A program made the position numbers and the translations under genes. From the human T2T-CHM13v2.0 reference genome, Homo sapiens, in NCBI RefSeq assembly GCF_009914755.1, contig NC_060931.1: DNA of 64,000 bases. One strand, given 5' to 3'. This document shows positions 29,856-60,567 of this stretch, in pieces (position 1 is the stretch's first letter; each line of letters opens with the position of its first letter). Below the pieces are notes generated by a model. The model saw nothing but the letters and a program-made list of their open reading frames with translations. It searched no databases and was not told the origin of the DNA.

Positions 29856-30365
29856 GTGTCTCCCCCTCAGCCTAGTTCCAGGGCGGGTCCGTGTCTCCCA
29901 CCCCAAACTAGTTCCAGGGTGGGTCCCTGTCTCCCACCTCAGACCAGCTTTGGGGCTGGTCCGTGTCTCCCCCTTCAGACTATCTCTGGGGCAGGTCCAT
30001 GTCTCCCACCTCAGACTAGCTCCAGGGCAGGTCTGTGTCTCCCCATTTAAACTAGCTCTGGGGCGGGTCCGTGTCTCCCCCATCAGACTAGCTCCGGGGC
30101 GGGTCTGTGTCTCCCACCTCAGACTAGCTCCAGGGCAGGTCCATGTCTCCCACCTCAGACTAGTTCTGGGGCGGGTCTTTGTCTCCCCGCTCAGACTAGC
30201 TCTGGAACGGGTCCTTGCCTTCCCACTCAGATTAGCTCCGGGGTGGGTCCATGTCTCCCCGCTCAGACTAGCTCCAGGGAAGGTCTGTGTCTCTTCCCTC
30301 AGATGAGCTCCTGGCAAAGCCTCCCCCGTCAGACTAAGACTCCTAGGCAGAGCCGTGCCTCCCCC
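29856..30365. repeat. 36-bp minisatellite (VNTR), about 13-14 copies
   Basis: Unit approximately GTGTCTCCCACCTCAGACTAGCTCCAGGGCRGGTCY, with starts at 29856, 29891, 29927, 29963, 29999, 30035, 30071 ... 30287 and then degenerate copies. Confidence 0.95.
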
Positions 30366-30405
30366 TGGTCCAGCCGGCGACCCCTCATGCCCAAGGCAGC
30401 CCTAC

Positions 30406-41473
<11,068 letters not shown>

Positions 41474-42499
41474 CTGGATGGATGGACAGACAGACACAGA
41501 ATATCTCATTAGTCCAGGCAGGTCCCCTGGGGCAGCTGCCCACCCGTGCCCCGGGGATGATGTCTCAGTTTACCCAGAGTTCCAGCCCCAGGCTGCTGGG
41601 TGACCGCGGGTAAGTTGTTTATCTCTCCCTTCATGTCCCCCTACTCAGTTCTCACTCAGGAGAGGCACAGAGATGCTGATTGTCCCCACTGTACCCCCGC
41701 AATCTTTGGGGACCTCTGAGCCAGTCAGCCCCTATGATTGTGTCCAGGCCTGAGGGCCCGAGATCCCAAGTTTTCTTGGAGGGAAGAAGTGGCCAAAGGG
41801 TGGCTCCAGTGTGGGTCAGGCAGAGGAGCCGTCTTTTCCATGGCCCTGCCACTGTAACCTCTAGGTGTCTGTTCCCATCTCCCCTCCCATTGTCTTGGGC
41901 TCCTCCTCAGCAACTCTGGAGCTCCAAGTCACAAAAATGCCTAATTCCCACCAGCTGACTGACAGCCCAGCCCTTGGTTAACTTTCCATCCCTAAAGAGA
42001 GAGGAATGCGGCCATCCGTGACATTTTTGGGACATGGATCTCTGCCCCACCTCACATCACCTCTGATAGCACCGCTCAGCCGGGGAGGTATGTTGCTCAT
42101 CTACCCCCAAAACGAGACCATCTGTTCCCCAAAAACAGGGACCAGAACTGTGACCCTGCTGGCCTCAGTCCTGGGCATGGTTTTGGTGCCCAAGTCTGTG
42201 TCCAGGCCGCTCTCAGGCTGGGCTTCAAGGCTTTTGGTCCTTGGGTGATGGGGGTCATCACCCCCTCAACCCCCGTGTCCCTGTTCCCCATTTAGCCAGA
42301 ACCGCACCCCCACTGCACCCTAGAGAGTATTGCAAGCAGAGATGGCAAGTCCAAGCGTGCACAGGCAGAGGCTTGCAGGAAACTGACCCCTGGCCGCTTA
42401 TCTGGTGTTCCGGCTCTCAAGCACAAAGCCAGGCATGGGCTCTGCATCCCCACCCACTGAGGGGAGCCAGGACAGAAAGAAGCCCACAAGTAACCCAGG

Positions 42500-42881
42500 T
42501 GTATTTGTCTGTTCTCATGCTGCTAATAAACACATACCCGAGACTGGGTAATTTATAAAGGGAAAAGGTTTAATGGACTCATAGTTCCACGTGGCTGGTT
42601 GGTGGTTGGCAGGGTTGCGGGGGCGGGGGTGCTCACAATCATGACAGAAGGCAAAGAAGGAGCCAAGGCACGTCTTACATGGCAACAGGCAAGAGAGCAT
42701 GTGCAGGGGAACTACCTTTATAAAACCATCAGATCTCCTGAGACTTATTCACTGCCACGAGAACAGTATGAGGGAGACCACCCCCATGATTCAATTATCT
42801 CCACCTGCCCCCACCCTTGACACGTGGGGATTATTACAATTCAAGGTGAGATTTGGGTGGGCACACAGCCAAACCATATCA
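42500..42881 (-). mobile_element. Solo THE1 (MaLR) LTR
   Basis: The minus strand starts TGATATGGTTTGGCTGTGTGCCCACCCAAATCTCACCTTGAATTG and ends ...AATACA; 5-bp TSD CCAGG (42495-42499 and 42882-42886). Confidence 0.9.
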
Positions 42882-43334
42882 CCAGGCAAAGGGCAAGTAT
42901 CACTCTCTCAAATATGCAAATGGAAAAGGGATCTTTGAGTGGACAGTGTTGCAGGGGATGGGGGTGGCTGGTGTATCCATGGGTCGCCCTCCTCCCTGGC
43001 CTCCTCTCCTGCCACCTGCCCTGCAGCCCCCTCATCTACAGAACCTCTCCAGCTCCTTTTTAAAACTTATTCCTGAAAATTTTCACAAGGATATGGAGCC
43101 ACTGGAACTCTCTTATGCTGCTGGTGGGAGTACAAAATGGCCCAGCCCTTCAAACATTCATTTGGCAGTTTCTTTCTTCTTTTTAGAGATAGGGTCTTGC
43201 TCTGTCACCCAGTCTGGCGTGCAGTGATGCAATCACAGCTCATGGAGGCCTTGAATGCCTGGGCTCAAGCAATTCCCCTGCCTCAGTCTCCTGAGTAGCT
43301 GGAACTACAGGCACACAATACCATGTCCAGCTAA

Positions 43335-43688
<354 letters not shown>

Positions 43689-43779
43689 TAGGCTGGTCTT
43701 GAACTCTTGTCCTTAAGCGATCCTCCCTCTTTGGCTTTCCAAAGTGCTGGGATTACAGGCGTGAGCCACTGCACCCAGC

Positions 43780-44680
43780 TGGCAATTTCTTATAAAGTTC
43801 AGCACACATTGACCACCCAGCCTCAGCTATCCTGCTCCTGGGTATTCATCCACGAGAAGTGAAAACAGGTGCCCGCACAAAGACTTAGATGCGAATACAT
43901 ATTGCCTGTTTGTATTTGCTCTAAATTGGAAACAACCCAAATGTCCTTCCTTCAACTGGAAAGAGGATAAACTAAGGCACATCCACATGAGGAAATACGG
44001 GTCAGCAATTAAAAGGAATAAACTACCGATTCATGCATTAACACGGGTAGATCTAAAGTGCATTTTGCTAAGTTAAACAGCCAAGCTCAAAAGATTCTAT
44101 ACTGTATGTTTCTATTCATACAACATTCTGGAAGAGGCCAAACTATAGGGACAAATGATTAGCAGTTATCAGGGGACGGGTAGACACTGACTAGAGAGGG
44201 GCACTGGGAAATTCTGGGGGGATGGGCCTCTTGAGTGTGGCGGTGGTTACAAGATCATATAAATTCACATAAATTTAGGCCGGGCACGGTGACTCACGCC
44301 TGTAATCCCAGCACTTTGAGAGGCAGAGGTGGGAGGATCACCTGAGGTCAGGAGTTTGAGACCACTTGGCCAACATGGTGAAACCCTGTCTCTACAAAAA
44401 AATGCAAAAATTAGCCAGGCGTGGCAGTGGGCACCTGTAATCCCAACTACTGGGGAGGCAGAGGCAGAAGACTCGCTTGAACCCAGGAGGCGGAGGTTGC
44501 AATTAGCCAAGATCACGCCACTACACTCCAGCCTGGGTGATTAGATTCAGACTCCATCTCAAAAAAACCTCACAAGATCATATAAATTTGTCAAAACCCA
44601 AAGAACTATCTGCTAAAAAGGGGTGAATTTGTGAATTACGCTGTATGTAAATCATACCTTGATAAACTTGAATGTAAAGA
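43780..44680 (+). mobile_element. Old L1 (L1M-type) 3' fragment, interrupted by an Alu at about 44278-44570
   Basis: Motifs ggaaacaacccaaatgtcc, tactgtatgtttctattcatacaacattctgg and gcagttatcagggg. Confidence 0.7.
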
Positions 44681-45519
44681 AAATGCTTGGTCTGCTGCGG
44701 TGGCTCACGCCTGTAATCCCAGCATTTTGGGAGGCTGAGGTGGGCGGATCACTCGAGGTCAAGAGTTTGAGACCAGCCTGGCCAACATGGCAAAACCCCA
44801 TTTCTACTAAAAATATAAAAATTAGCCCGGCGTGGTGGTGGGCGTCTGTAATCCCAGCCACTTGGAAGGCTGAGGCAGGAGAATTATTTGAACCTGGGAG
44901 GTTGCTGTGAGCTGAGATCGTGCCACTGCACTAGAGCCTAGGCAACAGAGCCACTCCATCTCGGGGAAAAAAAAAAAAAAAAATCCTGTGCTAGGGTCAT
45001 CCATGAGGTGGCCTCTCTCCCCCTGGGAGGGGCGTAACGCATTCTGCTGGAACAACCACCCACGCTCATCAATTTCCCTCCGGCTCTTCAGTTTTCTAAT
45101 TACGTCTCTGTCCCTGCCTGTCCCATATCCAATTTGCAAGTATTGCCTGGATACGTGAAATCTATAATTGCTTTGAGAACAACAGCAAATTATCACCACA
45201 GTAAGTGGCAATCACTGGTCAGGCCTGGACCCTTCCTAGGGACCCCCATGAACTCAGAAAGAGCCCTGGACTCCCACAGTCACCAGACTGCCATGAGCTG
45301 GTACTCCCTGGGTGGGGTGGGGCTGCCCAGCTGCCCGAGAGCCCCGGGGAGGCAAACAGACGCGGCCCTTGCTCCCGGCGCCCTCGGCTCTGAGGGACAC
45401 TCCAGAAATAGACCGCACAAATTATTCCGGAAGGCATAAACACCAGCAGAAGGCAACAGCGGCCTGTGTGTAAACGGAGTATAAATATGTTGTTGAAGTG
45501 ACCTGTCCCCAGGGGCTGA

Positions 45520-45900
<381 letters not shown>

Positions 45901-45978
45901 TAGCCAGGGTGGTCATAAACTCCTGACCTCATGATCCACCCGGCTCCGCCTCCCAAAGTGCTGGGATTACAGGCATGA

Positions 45979-46167
<189 letters not shown>

Positions 46168-46537
46168 TAATTTTTTATTTTTTGTAGAGACAGGGTCTCA
46201 CTACGTTGTCCCGACTGGTCTTGCACTTCTGAGCTCAAGTGATCCTTCTGCCTTGGCCTCCCAAAGTGCTGGGATTATAGGAGTGAGTCACTGCGCCCAG
46301 CCCACACCACTTCTTAATTCAAGCTACAGGTCCCCCCTTTGCCTTTGGATTACATCTGCTGCATTTCTTGTCTTATCAAGCTTAACCTTCCTATCTTTGC
46401 TTCTCGAAGTCATCTCCCTATTGCTGGGCAGTTGGCCATTCCCCAGTCCAAGCACAGCACCCCCTTGCGGGCCATCCTTAGCCTCCCAAGTACCCGGGAT
46501 TACAGGTGCACACCACCACACCCAGCTAATTTTTTAA

Positions 46538-46690
<153 letters not shown>

Positions 46691-46693
46691 TGA

Positions 46694-47369
<676 letters not shown>

Positions 47370-48560
47370 TTAAAAAAAAAAAAACAAAAACCCTGCCTGA
47401 TCAACACCAGCCACTTCCTTTCCCTCATCTCCCATCATAGAGGTTGTCCTCCTTTGACAGCCTACAGCCCCACACTATGTCTATGAGATGACTTTCAGGC
47501 CACTGTGGACAACTGGGCTGGTGGTGCATCACAGCCCTAGGATACAATTCATCTCACAGTCTATGTGAATTATGCCCTTAGAGTTGTGCAGCGCACAACC
47601 CATGCAACTGCATGTGACAGTGCCGAGTGCTTCCCACAATCTATTACAAATCATACTTTAAGGGTCTACTTCCCTCAGTAGACCACAGCGCTCAGAAGCA
47701 AGGACAGAGGGTCCTCCGTACACACACCTTGTATCTGACACTGGCTGGACATGGAATCAACACTCAAGGATTGCTGAGCGAAAGGATGGCCTGTGGCCAC
47801 ACACTTGCCTTCAAAATCAAAGAAGCCTCAATGAGAAAAAACCCTGTCTGCCCTCATGTGGCATCATCTTGACTTAACCCTCCTCTTGGAGAAGCTAAGG
47901 TCTCCAGTTCTAATTCTCTCTCCGCCTTTTCTAATGAGTCATGGCCAGGTGCACACCCCAGATGCCAGGCCCCCGGGGTTTGTGGCCTCTCTGTACTCTG
48001 CCTACAAAGAGCTGGAAAGAGGAGCAAATGCCAGAAAGTACCCAGTATGGGTGCTAAGTGCTGTTAAAAAACTCCAGGCGGGAGGCCGGGCGCGGTGGCT
48101 CACATCTGTAATCTCAGCACTTCTGGAGGCCAAGGCAGGGGGATCACTTGAGCCTAGGAGTTTGAGACCAGCCTGGGCAACATGGTAAGACTCCATCTCT
48201 ACAAAAAAATTTAAAAATTACCTGAGCATGGTGGTGTGCCCCTGTAGTCTCAGCTACTCAGGAGGTGGAGGTGGGAGGATCACTCGGGCCTGGGAGGCGG
48301 AGGCTGCAGTGAGCCATGATTGCACCACTGCACTCCAGCCTGGGTGACACAGTGAGATCCTGTCTTAAAAAATAAAATAAAAGATGCAGGCTTGATTCCT
48401 GCAGGGTCACCATACTCTGTGTCAGCCAGACTCTGCCAAGGTCACCTGCTAGCTTGCCTGGGAACAAGCCAGGACCTTTGGAATTAATAGCCTGGCCTGC
48501 TGGGTGCAGTGGCTCATGCCTGTAATCCCAGCACTTTGGGAGGCAGAGGCAGGTGGCTCA

Positions 48561-49378
<818 letters not shown>

Positions 49379-50245
49379 TAAATGTTTGTGGAGACGGGGT
49401 CTTGCTATGTTGCCCAGGCTGGTCTCAAATTCCTGACCTCAAGCGATCCTCCCAAGCCTCGGCCTCCCAAAGTACTGGGATTACAGGTGTAAGCCAGTGC
49501 ACCCGGCTGACAGGGGCCTTTTAAAACACGCAGTGAGCGGCCGGGCGCGGTGGCTCATGCCTGTAATCCCAGCACTTTGGAAGGCCAAGGCAGGCGGATC
49601 ACAAGGTCAAGAGATCAAGACCATCCGGGACAACAAGGTGAAACCCCGTCTCTACTAAAAATACAAAAATTAGCTGGGCATGGTGGTGTGCGCCTGCTAC
49701 TCAGGAGGCTGAGTGCCCAGCTACTCAGGAGGCTGGGGCGGGAGAATCACTTGAATCTGGGAGGCAGGGGTTGCAGTGAGCCAAGATCACGCCAGCCACT
49801 GCACTCCAGCTTGGAGACAGAGCAAGATTCCATCTCAAAAAAAAAAAAAAAAAAAAAAGGCAGTGAGTGATAGAAGTGTTTCGGGGCCACAGTTCATGGA
49901 GCTTTTCTTCCCAGAGGAAAATCGGGGGGAGGGTGAATGCCCGGCTTTGTTCTGCTAACCAGCTGCAGCTTTTTCATCTGTTTCTCCTGGGTTTTCAATG
50001 GGTCTCTCGTGTTATTTACATTTCATTTCTCCTGTCTTTAGCAACTAGAAGCTGCCCTTTCAAGTTTTACTTAGAAAAAAGCCCTTAATTGGTTCTGCAA
50101 CTGGAAGGGCGATCCTGAACAGGAGTTATTTTGCCTTAAGATAGAAAATAAGGCCGGGTGCGGTGGCTCATGCTTGTAATCCCAGCCCTTGGGGAGGCCG
50201 AGGTGAGTGGATCACGAGGTCAGGAGATCGAGACCACCCTGGCTA

Positions 50246-50504
<259 letters not shown>

Positions 50505-50701
50505 TCAGACAGCGTGGGTGATGGTGTTTGGCAAATTCCAGGGTGATTATGGAGAGGCAGGGCTACCAAAGGGGATGGATAGGGCAGAAGAAATCACAAA
50601 GATCTGGGGAAAGCCCCAGGAACCCAGGCTCCCCCCGAGGAGATCTCAGTCCTTGTAGACAAGAGTATACCTTCTGCTTGTCAGGTCTTGGTGCAAAATG
50701 A

Positions 50702-51259
<558 letters not shown>

Positions 51260-52539
51260 TGATTCCCATTTCACAGACGGGAAAACCGAAGCTTAGTTGG
51301 GTTAAAGGAGTTAGCTGCCTGGGGTCTGCCGAGCCGGGGCTGAGCTGCCTGTACGGGTTGGGGACTTCCTGAAGGCAGGGGGGACTTGTAGCATACGCCC
51401 CATGACTCAGCGTTTCCATTCTGAGACATGCACCCTTTACAGATACGTAACGGGAGACACAGACAAGAGGATCCGTGACAGCCTGTTCTCAGTAACAAAA
51501 ACCTGGCCACAGCCCAGATGCCCATCAGCAGGAGAGGACATGAAGAATGGCAGAATATTACCCAGCAGGCAACATGAACCATCCACAGTGTTAAGCAAAG
51601 AGATAAACAAGTATCAGCAATGTCACAGCACTGTGGGTTGAAAAACAAGTCCCCAGACATTGTGTATGGCAGGGTACACTTTTTACAGAGTTACAACTAC
51701 TTATGATTTAAAAAAAAAACAAAAACACCTGGCCAGGCACAGTGGTTCATGCCTGTAATCCCAGCACTTTGGGGAGGCCAAGGCAAGCAGATCACTTGAG
51801 GTCAGGAGTTCGAGGCCAGCCTGGCCAACATGGTGAAAACCCATCTCTACTAAAAATACAAAAATTAGCCTGGCGTAGTGGCACATGCCTGTAATCCTAG
51901 CTACCTGGGGGACTGAAGCACGAGAATCGCTTGAACCTGGGAGTTCGAGGCTGCAGTGTAGATCACACCACTGCACTCCGGACTAGTGAGACTCTGTCTC
52001 AAAAAAAAAAAAAGGCAATGCTTTGGAGTTGGCTGTTCGATCCTGTGGTCTTGGGCATATTTACACAGCTCCTGAGCCTGTTCCCCAAACTTCCAAGAGG
52101 GGTACATACTGTCTGCCTTCAGGAACCAGGGTGGGGAATCAATGTCCCTTTGTAGATAAAATCACCAGGTGACCAGCCTGGGCAACACAGTGAGACCCTG
52201 CCTCTACCAAAAAAAAAATCTAAAAAAAAATATTAACAGGGCCTGGTAGCATGCACCTGTAGTCCCAGCTACTCAGGAGGCTGAGGAAGGAGGATTGCTC
52301 AAGCCCAGGAGGTCGAGGCTGCAGTGATGAGCTGTGATTGCACCACTGCACTTCGGCCTAGGTGACAGCGTAAGACCTTGTCTCAAAAAATAAAAAATAA
52401 AATTAAAAAAGCACCAGGCGGCCGGGCGCGGTGGCTCATGCCTGTAATCCCAGCACTTTGGGAGGCCGAGGGGATGGTTCACCTGAGGTCAGGAGTTTGA
52501 GACCAACCTGGCCAACATGGTAAAACCCCGTCTCTACTA

Positions 52540-52839
<300 letters not shown>

Positions 52840-53457
52840 TTACACCAGAGCTGAGAAAGCACACCGAGACACACAATCTCTGACCTTTCCCAGCATGCAG
52901 ACAGTTTGTGTCAACATGCTGAAGACCACAATGGAAATATGTGACCCTAAAGTAACCTGCAGTCCTGCCCTGACACTATGAATTGGGACGCAACATTCTC
53001 TGGAGGCCTTGCTATTAAAGGACTTTGGGGACACGCTGGGGCATGGGCTGGAGTTGTTGTCCTGTCACATGGTAACTCTGGGAGTGGCCCTGGTTCCCGG
53101 TCACACTCATCTCCTGCGGCCACCACCACTCCAACCCTACCGTGTACTGCTGGCCTGTGGGGCTGGGTGTTCCTGGGGGCCCCTCGGCTGGCCCCATCCT
53201 TAGATGACCTCTGCCCAAACTCACCCTCAGCAAAGACATGCAGCTCAGAAATCCCCCTTCCTGCCACCGGGGCCCATCTACCCCTTGCTGGGTCAGCTTA
53301 ACCTTCCCTCCCCCAGACCTCTTCCACCCCTGCCCCTCTGCCTTGCTCAGCACCCCAACACACACCCCAGATTTCCTAAGACACAGACCAACTGGGAAGG
53401 GCACCCTCTCAGAAAGTCTCTGATCATTCGCCCATCTTTTTTTTTTTTTTGAGATAA

Positions 53458-53780
<323 letters not shown>

Positions 53781-54464
53781 TAGTAGAGACAGGGTTTCAC
53801 CGTGTTAGCCAGGATGGTCTCAATCTCCTGACCTCATGATCCGCCCGCCTCGGTCTCCCAAAGTGCTGGGATTACAAGCGTGAGCCACCGTGCCCGGCCT
53901 TTTTTTTTTTTCATTTTTTTGTAAAGACAGGGTCTCACTATATTGCTCAAACTGGTCTCGAACTCCTGGCCTCGAGTGATCCTCCCGCCTCAGCCTCCCA
54001 AAGTGCTGGGGTTACATGTGAGCCACTGTGTCAGCCACTGTGTCTGGCCTGTCCACCCATCTGATCCCTTCTCTCTGGCCTCAGGAAAACAGCACTCTGG
54101 CAAACTCCTTCCTCCTTTCATGACTCTCCCAAGCACCTCCCTGAGCTGTCGGTTTCATACTTGGCTTCTTAGTCTTAGCAATAAATAGGATCAAGTTTCT
54201 TCTGTCCTAAAAAAAAAGTCTTCCTTCATCCCCATCTCCTCCTGAGGCCACCTCCTTACCCCGACCACCTGCCATTGGGCCACGTCCTCAAGCCCTCCAG
54301 GGCATCCCGCTCCGTTCATCAGTGACCTCCCTGAGCCCAGCCCGATGACGTCTTCCCTTGTGCCTCCCTGCCCATGACCTGTTGCCTGGACCCACATGGC
54401 TGGCCAAGGCCTCCCTGGAATCTGCAATCTCCCGCACGGTCTCCTCTGACGTCTTGGACACTGA

Positions 54465-54863
<399 letters not shown>

Positions 54864-55581
54864 TAACCAGGCTGGTCTCGAACTCCTGATCTCAAGTGAT
54901 CCAACCGCCTCAGCCCCCCAAAATGCTGGGATTACAGGCATGAACCACCACACCCGGGCGGTTGATTCATTTGTCCCATCAACTCTCTGACATAGCTGTT
55001 GCTGCCCATTTGACAGATGAGGCAACTGAGGCTTAGAGAGGCTGAGCCACCACCTTACAGATGACCCAGGTCGCAGCTGGTCCCCTCACGCTGCCAGAGT
55101 TGTTGACATGTGCCCTCAGCCTGGTGGGGTGAAAGAGAATTGCACACCAGCCACTGACTCTCAAAATCCATTGTTCCCCCCACCACCCAACCCCGGCCTT
55201 GGCCTGGAGCCAAGCACCAGGGCAGAGCTGAGGCCCAGGGTGGTCCCCGATCTGGGCCGAGAAGCTGAGTAGCTGAGTCATCTCTGAGAAGAACACTCCC
55301 ATCTTCAATTGCTGCTGCTGCCTGTTGTGGATGGCCCGGCTGACACAGGTAACTTGATCTGTTTACTCTGGGATTCCTAAGCCCGCAGAGTCAGGCCCTC
55401 ACACGGGGCCTCTCCCTGGGCATCCTGGGCGAGGAGCCCTGGCCCAGCCAGAGCCCTGTTCCAGCAACAGACCTGAAACCCCAAGGCAGAGGGGGAAGGA
55501 GGGTGCAGCAGGGGAGAGACACTTCCAGGTAAACTTGCCTGGCAAAACCTTTTCTGAGATGTCTGATTTATGAACCAGCTA

Positions 55582-56026
<445 letters not shown>

Positions 56027-57480
56027 TCAAGCCATCCTCCCACCTTTGCCTCCCGAAGGGTTAGGATTACAGGATTGAGCCACCATACAGGGACCTATAG
56101 TCCCTTGATTAGCATCTTAAGGGGAAAGAATTTTAGCATGGAATAGATCATCTTTAAACAAAAACCCAGGATCAGAGAAGGGACGGGATCTGCCAGAGGT
56201 CACACCTTGCACGAGCCAGGACCAGAACTGGGAAGACCTTTCACCTCCAGCAGTGACCCATCCCCCTGACCCCCACCCAGACTCTTCCTGGTGTCCACCT
56301 GCTGTGTGCCACTCGATTCACCAAGCCCTCTTTGACTGACCCCTTGGGGACCTCAAATCCAGCCTTTTTCATCCCTGCTGTCATCTCACAAGCCTCTTCC
56401 TGGGTCTCCTGAGACCCTGTCCATCCACGCTGTACAGTACAGGCAAAGGCACTTCTCAAAGCACAAATGTGATGACCTCGCTCCTTGGGTCAAGCACCTC
56501 CCGTGGCTCCCACTGTCTCCATGATAACACCAAGGGCCCCAGGATGGCTTCCAGCTCCGTGACTTGGGCTGTTTCTGTCCAGCCCCCATGGGGCCACTGC
56601 TGGGCGCCTCCTCGTTCGTTAGTGTGCCGTATCCTCCCCCGGGACCCTCATTCCACTCCCCAGCCTTCAGGTCTCAGGGTGGACACCTTCACGAACCATG
56701 CTCCACTACGTCCCCTCCTCAACACTACCCACACCTCCCCTCCAACCGTCAGTGCCTACTTAGGGAGGTGTCTGGCCATTAGATCACTGCTGAAGTTTAC
56801 CAACTCCACCCTGGCCTGGGCTGCTGAGTGGGCAGAGACCAAGGAGGCTTTGTCACTGCTACCCCAGCTCCCAGTTCTGGGCGAGGCTTGTAGTATTTGC
56901 TGATTGACTCTGCACCTGTCTTGGGTGCCAGAGGCCGCTCCTGGCCTGGGGTGGGGTGGGTGGGGGCACTGGGAGCTGGACAGGAGGGTTGTGCACCAGG
57001 CAGACAGAGCATCCCCTGCTCACTATGGAACCTTGGCCCACTCCTTGTCCTGGCTTCAGTTTCTCCAGCTGTACAGTGAGATGACTGGCGTGGGCAATCC
57101 CTGCAGTCCCTCCAGGGGTCACGGTCCCATGCTTCCCTCATATCCAATTATGGAGAATGTGATAAAGGCCACTGTGTCTCCCACCACCAGGCAGGCAGGG
57201 CATCTTCATGGGCTGAGGACCTACAGATGCTCACACCTTCCAGCTCACCCAACTATAGTGTGGCTGGTGGTTAGGTGCATGGGGATTTTCTTTTCCTTTT
57301 TTTTTTTTTTTCCCAGACAGGTTCGTGCTCTGTCACCCAGGCTGGAATGCAACGGCACCAATCACAGTTCACTGCAGCCTCTAACTCCTGGGCTTACGTG
57401 ATCCTCCTGCCCGAGTAGCTGGGACTATAGGTGCGTGACACCACACTCAACTAATTTCTTATTTTATTATTTATTTCTGA

Positions 57481-57588
<108 letters not shown>

Positions 57589-57878
57589 TAGCTGGGATTA
57601 CAAGCACTCACCACCATGCCTGGCTAATTTTTGTACTTTTAGTAGAGACGGGATTTCACCACGTTGGCCAGGCTGGTCTCAAACTCCTGACCTCAAGCAA
57701 TCCACCCGCCTTGGCCTCCCAAAGTGCTAGGATTATGGGTGTGAGCCACCGCACCCAGCCTAATTTTTTATTTTTTGTAGAGACAGGGTCTCACTATGTT
57801 GCACAAGCTGGTCTTGAACTCCTGGCTCAAGAGATCTTCCTGCCTCGGACTTCCAAATTGCTGGGATTGCAGGTATAA

Positions 57879-58095
<217 letters not shown>

Positions 58096-58744
58096 TAGCC
58101 AGGATGGTCTCCATCTCCTGACCTTGTGATCTGCCCGCCTCGGCCTCCCAAAATGCTGGGATTACAGGCGTGAGCCACCGCGCCTGGCACCAAAACATGT
58201 TTTTAATAAGATAAAATCTGAGCTCGGGTCATGGTTTCTTATAGATATGTATTTTTTTTTAACCCCAAACTCGGTTTTTACAATTGCGGCATAACTTACT
58301 ATAACAAAATGTACAGATTTTCAGGTGGGCAATTAGATGACTTTTGGCAAGTGTATATCCCCCATTTAACCAGCACCCCGATAAGTATATTGGACATTCC
58401 CATCATTGCAGAAAGTGTTCCGTGCTCCTTTCCCAACAACTGGAGGCAGCCACTGCTCTAGTCTCTAGTGCCGTGGATTCACTGTGTCTGTTTTGCGCTT
58501 CAAATCCATGGAAACACACACATTGTGTCCTATTTTCTGCCTGGTTTATTTTGCTCAATATATTATTTTTGAGATTAATCCAGGCTGGGTGCAGTGGTTC
58601 ATGCCCATACCCAACATTTTGGGAGGCTGGGGCGGGAGGATTGCTTGAAGCCAGGAGTTCAAGACCAGCCTGGGCAACATAGTGAGATCCCATCTCTACA
58701 GAAAAAAAAAATAGGTGGACACAGTGGTTAGTCTCAGCTACTCA

Positions 58745-59014
<270 letters not shown>

Positions 59015-59158
59015 TTAAAAAAAAAAAAAAAAAAAAAAAAAAGGCCAGGCATGGTGGCTCACGCCTGTAATCCCAGCACTTTGGGAGGCTGAGATGGGCG
59101 AATCACGAGGTCAAGAGATCGAGACCACCCTGGCTAACATGGTGAAACCCCGTCTCTA

Positions 59159-59392
<234 letters not shown>

Positions 59393-59840
59393 CTACAGTA
59401 ATAGAAACACAGAATATCTTCTGCATTTTGAAATGCAATGTGGAATGAAAAAAAAAAAAAAAGCATGCCTCAGAAGATCGCAGGCTGCCAGGTATCTTTT
59501 CCATACATATAAATGGGATGAAAGCCTTTGCAAAAATCAAGGGAAAGATAAATGTGGGCAGAGAGCAGTTACCATCAATGTCATGGTCGGTGTGGGGGGC
59601 AGTGTTATTCAAATGATAAACAAACATAAAGTAAAAGCAGGATCAATAAGTATGTCACGAACCAAAAATTCTGAGTCATCAAATTCTGCACGCCTGAGGT
59701 CCATTTAAAAAAAGGAGCCTGGGCCGGGTGCGGTGGTTCACGCCTGTAATCCCAGCAATCTGGGAGGCCGAGGTGGGCAGATCATGAGGTCAGGAGATCA
59801 AGACCATCCTGGCTAACATGGTGAAACCCCAACTCTACTA

Positions 59841-60329
<489 letters not shown>

Positions 60330-60405
60330 TCACGCCTGTAATTCCAGCACTTTGGGAGGCCAAAGCGGGTGTATCACTTGAGTTCAAGAGATCAAGACCA
60401 GCCTA

Positions 60406-60567
<162 letters not shown>

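Noticed and set aside
29856-30365. Regularly spaced 36-bp repeats resembling a CRISPR array
   Set aside because: The units are contiguous with no unique spacers, in a human context; this is a minisatellite.
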